Below, piece by piece: positions 23,047 through 35,500 of a DNA stretch of 64,000 nt (its first letter is position 1; each line of letters starts with the position of its first letter). Both the position numbers and the translations under genes were made by a program. Location of the stretch: assembly GCA_043228905.1 (NCBI GenBank), contig JBHGNT010000007.1, forward strand, positions 13,578,001-13,642,000, read 5' to 3'. Below the pieces are notes generated by a model, which had not been told where the DNA came from, did not search any database, and saw only the letters and a program-made list of their open reading frames with translations. Source of the stretch: Azolla caroliniana (Eukaryota > Plantae > Polypodiophyta).

Positions 23047-24249
23047 TCACGGAACCGTCGATTCCTCGTCACGGGGCAATATTGTGCTTGGTTGTGAATA
23101 CTTGGCTTCCACATATCCACCATAACCATAGGAGATAACACCCCAAAATGAGAGGACCACAGATATGGCCTTAAGAGCCGAGAATTCATCATGGTACACA
23201 CCAATGGCAATGAGGGAGAGCACGGGAAAGAAAGCGTTGGTAACAATGCTCGAAAAGAGGGCCGAGACGATGAACACGAGACCAATCGTACCAAGGAAGC
23301 TGAGTTGCCAACATATGGTGGACCCGACGAGCATGAGACAATATATGGATCTGTTGTACCGGAAATTCTTCGATTCGTCGGGAATGGCGGAGAATTCATG
23401 GCAGATGCCCATGCCTATCAACGAAAAGGCGGTAGCGGACATAGCTAGCAAGATTTGAGCTTCCAAGATGACACAGAATGTGGCTTTGTGGACGACGGTT
23501 TGGTATGCGAGTTGCATTAGGGGGAAGATGAGGCCGAAAAGGGCCGAGCCTCCGAGAGTGGCGAGGATAGCGAGGACATATTGGTGGCGACTCGTGTCGG
23601 GAGGCAAGTCGGTTTCCTCGAATGTGACGGCATGGAGGCCGAGGAAGATAGTGGCGAGGGTAATGGCGAACACGGCATTGAGAGATGCGGCAGTGAAGCG
23701 ATGGCGGACGAGGAGGTACGAGAAGATGGCGTTGAATGCGAGTTGTGAGGACGTGAGCAGGGAGGTGGTGGAGATGGAGAGGTAGGAGAGGCCATAGACG
23801 AAGAGGAAGTTGTCCATGGAGGTGAGGAAGCCCATGGCCACGAAGGTGAAGAGGAAGGTGGGGGTGAAGGAGGCGCCTATGTGGGAGTGAGCAACCCACA
23901 GGTCAAGTGAGGTGAGGATGGTATTGGTATTGGTATTGGTATTGGTATGGGCGGGGTTTGGGGTGGGGTCACGTGACTGGCATTTCTGTTGGGACTTGGC
24001 CCCTAGGTAATAGGTGAGGAGTAAGGGTGGGATAAGGATCGGCCATCCAATGGTCTGGAGGGCAGTGTATAGCCACTTCTGTTGGCCACCTCCATACGAA
24101 TAGAGCCTACCCAATAGGAGACCTCCACCCGTCCCCACACATCCCATGATGCAACAAGTGCCCACTACCACCCAATGGCTCAAACTCCTTCTCATGTATG
24201 CCTCGTCCCCCACCGTCCTTTGTAGATCATCATCATCATCCATATGCAT
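23047..24249 (-). CDS. PUP: Purine permease (PUP family, DMT superfamily), intronless, ~400 aa
   Basis: GGGQQKWLYTALQTIGWPIL and DNFLFVYGLSYLSISTTSLLTSSQLAFNAIFSY motifs, about 10 hydrophobic segments. First ATG at 24249, TATATAAAGG about 70 nt upstream. Confidence 0.9.
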   Translation of the reverse strand: MHMDDDDDLQRTVGDEAYMRRSLSHWVVVGTCCIMGCVGTGGGLLLGRLYSYGGGQQKWLYTALQTIGWPILIPPLLLTYYLGAKSQQKCQSRDPTPNPAHTNTNTNTNTILTSLDLWVAHSHIGASFTPTFLFTFVAMGFLTSMDNFLFVYGLSYLSISTTSLLTSSQLAFNAIFSYLLVRHRFTAASLNAVFAITLATIFLGLHAVTFEETDLPPDTSRHQYVLAILATLGGSALFGLIFPLMQLAYQTVVHKATFCVILEAQILLAMSATAFSLIGMGICHEFSAIPDESKNFRYNRSIYCLMLVGSTICWQLSFLGTIGLVFIVSALFSSIVTNAFFPVLSLIAIGVYHDEFSALKAISVVLSFWGVISYGYGGYVEAKYSQPSTILPRDEESTVP

Positions 24250-25128
24250 AGATTTCTCTCTCACTAGTTTAGCTCCCCACGCAACTAAACTCAACTTGAT
24301 GTATTCGGCATCTTCCTTTATATAGTCTCTAAATGTGTCCCTACATTCTGGAAACGCAATGAAGCCCTGAATACATTCTGCCCATAACTTGCCCTTTGCA
24401 ACTAATGCTCACATTGGTTTCAACTATATGTGCTCAGGGTTTTCAACAAATATTAATTGCGAAGCTTTGACAAATGTTTGTCATGCCTTTGTTGTTAAGG
24501 ATTAGTATGAGATGGGAGAAAGCTCATTGGGTTTTCCAAAGACAAGTCCCTTCTATTGAGTGGTTAAGACATCTATATTTTCAAGTAGAGCTGAGTTATT
24601 ATGTCGATCATATATATAAATGGTAGACATAATTCGATATTGATCAAATGACACAAAATATTGAAATTTATTACATGGACGTTCAAATATGAAGATAAGA
24701 AGGTAGTAAATGGCCTCTAAGGAACTTAAGAAAGACCTTGTTAATTGTGAGGTTGTGGACGCATTACTACGGAAGTACTTTTTTTATGGACCAAGTCATC
24801 CAAATGCTTTACATACCAAAATGCGACATTAGCCATCCAAAATCATTACTCCAATAATGCAAAGCCACGGTGGTTCACTTTGAGTTGTCCACTAGACTCA
24901 TAAAAAGCTAATCATCTTAATTGAAAGTTAGACGTGGATAGAGCAAGCTTGTGCCTGCTAATGTTTTAAATAATCTATTCTTTAAAGCTCTTAAAATAAT
25001 GAGATATGTGTTTTCAGATAATGAACAAAATTTGTTTGCAAACTGGCTTTTATTGTTGACTACTTTGCATTCTTCCCAAAACATGCAAAATATAAATGTG
25101 CTTGAAGAAATAGTTGACTTTGGATCCT

Positions 25129-25174
<46 letters not shown>

Positions 25175-26541
25175 GATCATCACGACGATGATGATGTATT
25201 AACATCCAAGATGTAGATTACATCATACCATAACAAGTGATATTTGGAAGTCATAGGAGGTTGCATATGTCCAACATTGGAATTCTTCTTTAACTCCTTA
25301 CAAAAATAGTATTTTGACTTGTCTCTTATTGTAAGTACTATTTATTGGCTATATTTTACCAATCGAATAGTGGGGGAGCATTGAAAAACTTGGTTGATAA
25401 CACATTTGTCCAAAACTTTCTCCCCATTTTAGAGACGTCATATTTGAACAGAATGTCGAGACTTCAAGCATGTCAAGAGATTTAGTATTGAATGTTCAAT
25501 TGTGAAAATAGTTTGAATGTTCGGATAAGGTTTAAAAGAGAGATGAATGAAAACTACAATGTAGATTGATGAGATGTGAGTAGTCCTAGCCTCCACGGTC
25601 ACAAAGAATGTTCCAAGTCCATGATTATGTACAAGACGATATACTAACACAAATCTTTTCCATGTTCCATAAAAAAGGTCTTACTTATTTCTATTGGCAT
25701 GTACATAAATTTGTCAAATGTCTACTAGAGGAGTTCCAAACCCCATATGTTCTTGGATTTCACACATGGATCTTGTCCGAGTGTTGTCTTTATTTCATAC
25801 ATGCTATTGTGAAAATTACATTCATGCGTGTGAAAAAGCCAAGCAAGACCAACGAGAACTTGAACTATGGAAGATGGCTCTATCAATGACAATGTTGAGG
25901 AAGGGTTGAGAATGACGATTGTTCTCCTTGTTCGTTTTGCACAAGTACATTTGTAAATGCACATGTTGTGTACCAGGGAAATTTTAGTTCACCCTTTCTT
26001 GTGTAATGAGGTTTGGTTCGATAAATTCGTGCTTTGGAATAGTAGATGTGAATGAAACTTGATTTTATAAGTGAGTGCTTGTATATAATGAGTGTGTGCA
26101 ATCATTTTTTGCTCGTGTATGAGCAATTATTTGTTTTTAGGTGTGGATGTAGATAGGAAGGTATATGTGTGTATGCATGTAATTGTTAGTGTGTATGGTT
26201 GAGACCACATATATGCATGAGTACGTGTGTTTGTGTTAGTTCATGTGTCTACATGCTTGTCTTTGTATGTGTACACATGAATAAAGTGATGTATATGCAT
26301 ATGTATAGGCTTAGCTAAGTGTTTGTGATTTTGGCACATATATAATAACAGGGGCGTAAAGAAATTGCACGTGCATGTGCTTATGTTTATGTATTTGTGT
26401 TTTTTATGTGTAATAAAAAGTGTTCGTAATGATTGTGAAATTCTCGGTTAGTGAGGGTATTTAGTTGTAACACCCGATACCAAATGATCACAATCTTCCT
26501 CTCCGTTATTTGCTCCGCGTCAAGCGCTTCTTTTGTTCTAT

Positions 26542-26588
<47 letters not shown>

Positions 26589-27371
26589 TGCTCAGTTTAA
26601 AGGCCAAATGTGAATGCTAGGGACAAAATGACTAGGCCCATCTAAAGGCCATAGAGACGATGGAGTGTCCAATAGGTTCAAACAAAGGGCCCAAGATGAT
26701 TTTCTTTTTTGTACAACTTTATTCCTCGTAGGAAACTTTTCCTCCTTACAACCTCAGATTTCTGAGCCAAAAATTCCATCATGTTTCTTGTGGGGGTCTA
26801 GCTCAATGATAGACTATAGTACATTGGCTTTAGAAATATGTATAGATCCAAATTCTACCTCCCACAAAATAAAACAACATTAACATTAGAATTTAGCCCC
26901 ATGCTCGGAATTTTTTCGAGTCAAATTTTGTTTTCGTAACAATCCGTGTTCGATCTGGAAATGGAAGGAACGTAATAGCAACTCTTTTCCCAAATACACA
27001 ATTCTAAATGCATGCATCAAGAGATAGGATATTACTGTGGATTAGGCAGTTACAATCAATTTTGAAGGGCTCACTCAGGATTAAGATAGAAGGAAACGAG
27101 TTTTTCTTGAAGAAGATGTAAGAAACAATCATTCATTCATGGCGAACGAAGAGGAATATTTGTGTTATATATATATGCTTCTTTTTGGGTTAGAGATTGA
27201 GAAGAACAGGAGGAGTTTTTTAAGAGATTGAAGGAGGAAAAGAGGCGTAAATGAGAGGGCGAGGCGTGCAGGAATGTGTGGTAGATGTCCATAATCCATA
27301 ATCCATTCCTGCTTGGTTGGCTGGGCAAATCGTGAGCGCAGGCGCAGGAGGTAGGTAGGTAGGTAAGGTAG

Positions 27372-28544
27372 CTAGGTCGTAGTTGGATGATCCGGGATTG
27401 TGGCATTATTAGAATAGCCGCCATAGGCATAGGAGATGGTACCCCAGAAGGAGAGCAGCACAGCGATGGCCTTAAGAGAGGAGAAGTCATCGTGGAAGAC
27501 AGCCAAAGCAAGGATGGAGATGATGGGCAAAAATGAGGTGCTCAGAAGGTTGGAGAACAGAGCGGAGGCCAGGAATACGAGGCCTAGCGCACCCACATAG
27601 CACAGCTGCCAGCATACGGCTGTTGCTAGGAGCACCACACAATATATGGAGGAGCTACTGCTACCAAATGTGGTAGATTCTCCATGAATGGCCGAGAATT
27701 CGCCACTAAAAGCCATGCCCAGCAGAGAAAACATGGTGGCGAACAGGGATACCATGATTTGAGTCTCCAGGATGACACAGATGTTGGATCTATGGATGAG
27801 TTTCTCGTATGTGAGCTCGAGGAGAGGTAAGATGAGGCCGAATAGGGCGGCCGCACCAATGGCGGCCACGACTGCCAGAATGTACTGTTTGTGGCTGGTG
27901 CCCGATGGGATGTCGGTGCTCGCGGCCGCCCCGGGGAGGCCCAAAAGGACGGTGCCGAGCGTGATTGCAAAGACGGCATTCAGAGACCCGAATGTGAAAC
28001 GAAATCGGACGAGAAGATAGGAGAAGACGGAGGTGAAGGCGAGTTGGGACGAGCCGAGTAGGGCGGCCGTGGAGACGGACAAGTACGAGAGGCCGTAAGT
28101 GAAGAGGAAGTTGTCGATGGAGGTGAGGAAACCGAGGCCGATGAAGACGAGGAGGAGGGTAGGGGTGAAGGGTGCGCCCACGGATGCACGAGCATCGAGG
28201 AGCGCACGTGCCGTGGTGATGATGGAGCCAGGTGAATGCAGTAGTAGTAGTATGATAATGGGGTCACTGGATTTGGGTCTTCTGGTCTCTAAGTAGTAGG
28301 TAATGAAGAGGGGTGGGATTAGGATTGGCCATCCAATGGTTTGGAGGGTAGTGTAAAGCCACCTTTGTTGGCCTCCTTGAGCAAAATAGAACCTCCCTGC
28401 CACCCATGCTCCCATCAAGCCAAGTGCATCCATGACACAAAATGTGGCCAATAGGATCCAATGGCTGAGCCGCCTCCCGAGATATAACCGCGTAGCCCTT
28501 CCCACCACCACCGTTGGATTCTCGTCCATGGATATGATTTCCAT
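27372..28544 (-). CDS. PUP: Purine permease (PUP family), tandem paralog, intronless, ~390 aa
   Basis: GGQQRWLYTTLQTIGWPIL and DNFLFTYGLSYLSVSTAALLGSSQLAFTSVFSY, colinear with the 23047-24249 protein. First ATG at 28544. Confidence 0.9.
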   Translation of the reverse strand: MEIISMDENPTVVVGRATRLYLGRRLSHWILLATFCVMDALGLMGAWVAGRFYFAQGGQQRWLYTTLQTIGWPILIPPLFITYYLETRRPKSSDPIIILLLLHSPGSIITTARALLDARASVGAPFTPTLLLVFIGLGFLTSIDNFLFTYGLSYLSVSTAALLGSSQLAFTSVFSYLLVRFRFTFGSLNAVFAITLGTVLLGLPGAAASTDIPSGTSHKQYILAVVAAIGAAALFGLILPLLELTYEKLIHRSNICVILETQIMVSLFATMFSLLGMAFSGEFSAIHGESTTFGSSSSSIYCVVLLATAVCWQLCYVGALGLVFLASALFSNLLSTSFLPIISILALAVFHDDFSSLKAIAVLLSFWGTISYAYGGYSNNATIPDHPTTT

Positions 28545-30719
28545 GCTGGATTTGTGCAATTCTCAGTTTGGTGCTCACATGATGATAAAGATGCACCTAG
28601 TAATTCGAAATGCTTGTTGCCTGCAGCAATGCAGAAACTTGGCTCTACCAATCACATAATAAAAGCTCAACATGGCCACCAAATAATAAGGCAAGCAAAA
28701 AAATATATCCTTGTGTGGGACCGTTATTACTGAATCCATAGACTTTGGCTCTATACTTTGGGTCCCACAACCTGGAATATCTTTGTATGGGACCATAAAT
28801 AGTAAATCTATATCCTTTACCTCTACGTGTGTACTTTGGGTCATTGCAAAGTATGGACCTTATTTATGTAAAGAGGTCATCCTTACATCCAATGAAGCTA
28901 TAGGTAAAGAGGGAGGGAGAGATCATGCTCCCACATACTAAAGGTGTACGAAAGAAAGAGCTTGTTTCTACATCCATTTTGGAGCCTAGCAAATCTTTAG
29001 GGTCGTGGAGAAGACATGTATTTGTGTATCTATAGTACATTATATATACATATGGATGGATACATTTATATGGAGAGAGAGAGACCCACATGTGAACACA
29101 TGGAACCAAGGTAAATGCATCATAGTTCATGTGCAAGTTCCTAGAGTAAGGTCACAATGCTCGTAACACCCCATTCTACATCCCACTTATTGTGTTGCAA
29201 CTCACTCCTGTTGGATCAAATTTTCATATGTGAGTCCTCCTTAGGGTGTGATCATGATGCTCATAATTCCTGATTGTTGTAGTGTTGCCCTTGGCATGCG
29301 GTGTGAAACAACCTAAAGACCGACCAAGTATCGGTTCTAGGAATTAATACCAATGTTCAGTCATCATTGGTCATACTAAACAAGATTTCTATAAAAAAGA
29401 AGAATATCTCACCAACACTAACCATGAACTGTAGATTTGCAATGCATTGAAGAAATTAAGGAATTATATGGTGCATACCTTCATGTTTTGGTGAAGATTG
29501 GCAAGGTGGAGATTGACCAAAATTTCTTCATAAAATATGACACATCGCATATGATCATTCTCGAATAGCCTGTCACCACAATATCTTGGTTGGAGATGAA
29601 GATGAGATGAGCCCATTGCTTCATCTGCGCAATGAAGACTATTAACACTACTTATCGACTATGGTAAAGTTAGATGGGCCGATGGGGGAGTTGGTAGCAG
29701 AAGATAGACAATTGCTAGTAGCCCAACAAGGAAAAAGAAGAAGTGGATTGACGTGGGCGTAGTAATTTGACCTTCCCAGCTCCATTTGCATGGGTTTGCA
29801 CTCAAGGTGAGGATAAGTTTGTCTAGTTGCAAATAGAATCACTTAATCATGAGTAGAACAAGAGAGATCTTTCAAAGAGGAGGGAAGTAGTATTTTAAAA
29901 GTGACTATACAAGGAGTGAGTAATGATACTTTGGAATCCGGATATTTCGAAACCCACAATTGATAATAAACCATTTCTAGATATAATAAAAGTCACATTT
30001 CAATCAAACAACATCAATAGTTGCAACAATAAATCCTAGAGCTAAAAATTCAATGATACAATATGTGTAAGATCATATTGTGTACTCGATGAAGATGAAA
30101 AAGTGAGGGGGGTCATGGAGGACGTTTCTTTCAGTGACATAATTGCGGATTTTGAAGAATTCTTGTGCGCAAGATTTTATGGGAATTTTATTATTCTGGT
30201 TAATTCAATCAAAGTGCATGTTACTACCAGAGAGGTTGGGTTATCTCAAGAAGAAGGGGTCATGATGGTCAACTCAAAGTACAAGAGCCTAAACTAGAGA
30301 AATCTTTGGAGGTGTAACTTCCTTTTACAATAGGAGAAGAAATACTTTTACTAGATGGTAGAGTGACACAAAAAGAAATTTTATTTTTCATCGAATGAGG
30401 TTGGATGTGCAAACCCAACTGTTATACATGCCATGGTGATTTCATGGGCTTGCATGTAGAATGAAATATAAAACCCATTCCAATTCCAAGGGCACACATT
30501 CTCTAGTTGATTCATCTTTTGAAGGAAATGGTCGAATGGGTATCCTCGAGCCATTGAATGCACCTTGTTGTAGCTAATGGTTGATTGTAGTCAATGAAAA
30601 AAGTGACAATACACAACTTAAAATGTTGGGTTGGTCATCAATGAGTTTGCCAAGGCAATTGTTGTATGATCTATATATCCAATCAATAACCTATACCCTA
30701 GCTATGATCAATTTCAAGT

Positions 30720-30753
<34 letters not shown>

Positions 30754-30889
30754 AAGATTTTCCGGTGATGCAGACTCTAATTGGTTTGATTGGGATTTGG
30801 ACTCAACTATCTCAAGGAGCAATGAACCTTGTTTGTCACATGATGAATAAAATAATCAAGGTACTAAGGTGATTTCATTTTGAGCATCA

Positions 30890-31717
30890 CTATACCATCT
30901 TGGAAATAGGTGTTTAGCGCATAGAAATATTGGCACTCCTAAGAGTATATAGATTCATTACAAAGGTTAAGAATATGCCGAATCATGGATTACCACATCT
31001 TGCCTGGAATGTTGGATGTAAGCTACACAAGAATCATAAGAGTAAAATTCTCTCGTCCAGTTGGGTTGTTGACATAAGAAAATGGTTTAGAAGATGGGGT
31101 GTGGATGATATTTTCGGGTGATACTATGCATTATGTAATGATTGAGGAAAGGTTGGTGGAATCATTAAGGATGAAGTGGGAAGATGCTAAGAGGACAAAA
31201 CTAGAATACTACATTGCAAATGTCAAACCTGAATGTTGGTCTCAATGTAAAGCAATAATGTCTATTGATCGTATCCAACCTTATCTCATTACCAATACCA
31301 GTAGTAATGCTTGTAGCGCCCTTACACTACTTCACACTCGATCTCACAAGTTAGGTAATGAAGTTGCATCATGATATCAAAATGTAACGAATTTGAAGGC
31401 ATGTAAAGTACACAATGAAGGCATGGTAGAGGATGAATGTCACTTGCTCTTCACATGCTTGGCATATATTGCAATTCATTCAAGATATGTTAACATACTA
31501 AGAGGGAGTGATAACGTAAGTGCCATGCTTAAGACACCACCTAGATGGTTGAGCTCATATGTATATGCTTTATTCATGCATAGAGACTTTGTACTTCAAT
31601 GTATGAATACCCCTTTTTAGGAAGGAGACACATATCAAGAACACATGTATACTCTAGTCCCATAGGTCAAAATTGGCCTCTTTATGGACAATAAAAAATT
31701 CTAATTCTAATTCTAAT
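30890..31717 (+). mobile_element. 5'-truncated LINE (RTE/RTEX-like ORF2 C-terminus) with (TTCTAA)n tail
   Basis: LHTRSHKL...CKVHNEGMVEDECHLLFTC; homologous to ORF 38581-39516 (KNHKSKILSSSW vs KTHKSKILCSGW). Ends in a 3' hairpin, AATAAA and a microsatellite tail. Confidence 0.78.
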
Positions 31718-32257
31718 GATATTTCTAATACATATCACATAACAAATCCTCCATGTAAATAATGTTGACTCTTGATGAGTCGGGGTGTGCGAACGTATTG
31801 TGCATGCATGAGAGTGAGTGTGCGAGCAAGAGAAAAATTATGTTGGTGGAGTCTAGTCATAGACATCCACTCTAATATTGATTAATCACATTTACACGTG
31901 ATAACTTTAAATAATTGATGGTGATTCTTGTGGTGCATTAGATCTAGATCAAGCAAGGTCAATCATTTCGATTAAAAAAAAGTCGATCATAAATCCTGAG
32001 GTGTTGGGGTTTTCTGCTAGGATTATCTGATGGAACATTTCCACATGGGTTGGAATGTGAGGGGATCACCTCATCATCTTTCAACTAATCTAATGAGAGG
32101 AACTAGCTACCGATTCAATGGTGTTAATAGTGTATGCATAACATAAGCCGCTTGGAGGTTTGGGGCTAGGATGAATGCTTTGTTGGGCTATGGCAAAGGT
32201 GGAACAACAATGTGAGAGGGGATATTTAACATGGGCAATGTTGTCTTGGTTCCATGT

Positions 32258-32495
32258 TGTTAGGATTTCAGTCCCGACTCCCTCCGGATGGGATGATGAA
32301 GGCAAGGTGAGAACCTCTCCTCGGATGAAGGGACATATATGTAAATATGTTCTAGAGAACCCACAGGGGCTATATTTGTAAATAGCCCGAAAGTCATATT
32401 AGTATAAATATGACCTAGGGCAAATAGTAACTGTATGCATCAATGTGTTGTCATTATTTTGTATAGAGTTATTGAGTGTAACTATTGTATAGAGC

Positions 32496-32586
<91 letters not shown>

Positions 32587-35500
32587 TCTCTGTTGTAATT
32601 GCCGCCAGGCAAAGATTGTGAGCAAGAGGTTGTTGCCTTTGTGTTCACCTGTTGTATTCCTCTCGATATAGTGATAGTTGGAGTTTGTGGACTCCCGTGG
32701 TTTTTCCCATTTAGGGTTTTCCACGTAAACATATTGTGTACTCTCTTTCAGTGGTTTCTTGTGTATACGTGCATCTATCTCCACACTCCCATTTCCGTGT
32801 TTGTAATTCTCAATGAAGTAATTGAAGACTCGGTTGTGGCTGAGCATTATTCTGCATATTTCCTAACAAACTGGTATTAGAGCGAAATGACATAGAAAAA
32901 TGGAAGATTCGTTGTTCAAACTCACCGGCTCCAACTACTCAGTGTGGAAGTCGAAGATGAGGGACATGCTCATGGTTAAAGATCTTTGGTTGCCGGTCCA
33001 GTTCGGGGACAAGAGATTGGACAAGATCAACGCCACAGTGTGGGAGGTGATGCACAAGAAGACAATAGCATACATCCGGTGCTTCATCGACATGAGCCTG
33101 TACAACAATTTTAATGAGGAGAGTAAGGCTCATGAGCTCTGGGAGAAGATTGACATTATGTTTCAGAACAAAAATGCTGTTAATCGGGTTTCGGTATTCC
33201 GGAAGCTAGTGCGGCTCCGGTACCAAGAAGGCTCCGCATGGCGGAGTACATGAATGCCTTCTAGGGGCTGATTCACCAGGCAACATCATTGGAAGTACCT
33301 CTTGCCGATGAGGTACTAGCATTACTCCTACTCGGTTCCCTCCCAGATAGCTGGGAGACGTTAGTTGTCACTTTGGGCAACGTCGGGCCGGAAGGAAAAC
33401 AATTATCCCTAGCAAGAGTCAAGTCGAGCTTGCTAGATGAGGAGGCACGTCGTAAAGACAAGGATATGAGCTCCGAATCCAAAGCTCTCCTTACCGAATC
33501 GGAACGCGGAAGACAAAGGAACCGTAATCCCCAGAACCGGGAAAAGTTGGGGACACGGTCAAAGTCAAGGGGAAGACCCACTTGCTTCTATTGTGGGAAG
33601 ACGAGGCACTTCCAGAAAAACTGTCGGCATTTCTGGAAAGAGAAGGAAACCGACAGTACCGATTCGAAGCGGTCACCGGACCGGAACGATAAAGACTGAA
33701 GGGGACCGGATCGGAAGGGAACGATGGCAATCGCGGCAAGTGAAGAGGTGTTGATGCTCATCACCGAGGAGAGTGAGTTGAACCTTGCCGGCAACGAGAC
33801 AACGGGGGTTGTTGATTCCGGAGCGTCGTTCCACCTTACCCCGGACCAGAAATGCTTCTCATCCTACATAGCCGGTGAGCATGGCTGTGTCTGGATGGGG
33901 AATGAAGGTACATGCTGAATTGTCGGCATAGGAGACGTGTGGTTGACACCCGGTTGACAACACCAACCGGATGCAAGCTGTTGCTGAACGATGAGGTTCG
34001 ACTGAACCTTATATCAGTCGGTCGGCTAGATGATGAAGGCTACACGGGTAGCATCCGGAACAGTGTCATGAAGTTCAGCAAGGGGAGCCTGATAGTGGCT
34101 CATACCCAGAAAGTCAACACGTTGTATCTGATGAATGCCCAGTTATACCCGGAAGACGTGAACGTGGCATTCGACACTACCGGTAAGCTGTGGCACAAGA
34201 GATTGTGTCACATGAGCGAGAAGGGGATGAGGAGGCTTGTCGATGACAACCTCATTTCGGTGAAGGACGTGCATCTTGAGAAGTGCACCGACTGCCTAGC
34301 CGGTAAGCAAAACCGGACCTCCTTCCGATCAAGGCCACCGATGAGACATAATGCACCACTGGAGCTGGTGCATACCGATGTGTGTCAAGTAAACACAAAG
34401 TCACATGCCGGAGCGCAATACTTTGTGATGTTCATAGAGGACCACAACTAGAAGCTGTGGGCCACACTGCTGAAGACGAAGGATCAGGTGTTATTCGTCT
34501 TCAAGGAGCTCCACGCAAGAGTGGAAAGAGAAACCGGTCGGAAGCTGAAGGCGGTTCGAGCAGATAACGGAGGAGAATACCGGGGGCAGTTCGAGGAGTA
34601 CTGCCGCTTGAAGGGAATCCGGCTCGAATTTACCGTGCTGAAGACGTTGGAACTCAATGGGCTGGCCGAGAGGATGAACCGGGCCATAATGGAGAGGGTC
34701 CGGAGTATGATAGCACATGCAAAGTTACCCAAGATGTTTTGGGCTGAGGTGTTGGCGACAACAACGTACGTGATAAATAAATCACCCTCAGTGGCCTTGG
34801 ACGGAGACACGCCGCAGAGAGTGTGGATTGGTAAGGAAGTGTCTTACCGGCATATGAAGGTTTTCGGGTGTCTCACTTACGTGCATGTGGCAAAAGACCG
34901 GAGAGCAAAGTTGGACCCAAAGTCCCGGCCTTGCATATTTTCCTCGGATACGGCGATGATGAGTTCGGCTACCGAGTGTGGGATCCGGTCGACAAGAAGG
35001 TTTTCCGGAGTCGAGATATTATTTTCATGGAGGACAAGACTCTTGTAGACTGGGAGTTGGAGAAGAAGATAATGAACTCCGAGTCGACCGGAAAGGACCG
35101 ATTTGATGACATACGGACCTATTTGGCTAAGAGCTGGTTGACACTCGAAGAACCGGCCGGTTACGGAGAGGACACCGAACCGGCAGAAGAAGAAGAGGAA
35201 GCAGGAACCGGAACTGGCCAAGATCCCGAATCGGTTTTGGATGAAGAACAAATAGAGGAGCCAGTTGTCGGAAACCAAAGACGCAGATATCCTCTCAAAG
35301 AGAGAAGGCTCCCCCAGAGATTTTCGGATGCAGAGCGCGTGTTGCTGACCGATGAGGGGGAGCCGGAAAGCTTCGAAGAAGCAAAGGAGGACACCCACAA
35401 CCACAAGTGGTTGAGTGCCATGCAGGACGAGATGGATTCCCTACATGAGAACCACACGTATGAATTGGTGGAGTTGCCGAATGGAAAACGGGCACTCCGA

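Noticed and set aside
25400-27000. Short ORFs and GT-rich or possible DNA-transposon remnants between the PUP genes
   Set aside because: No recognisable protein motif, TIR pair or TSD could be supported by eye.
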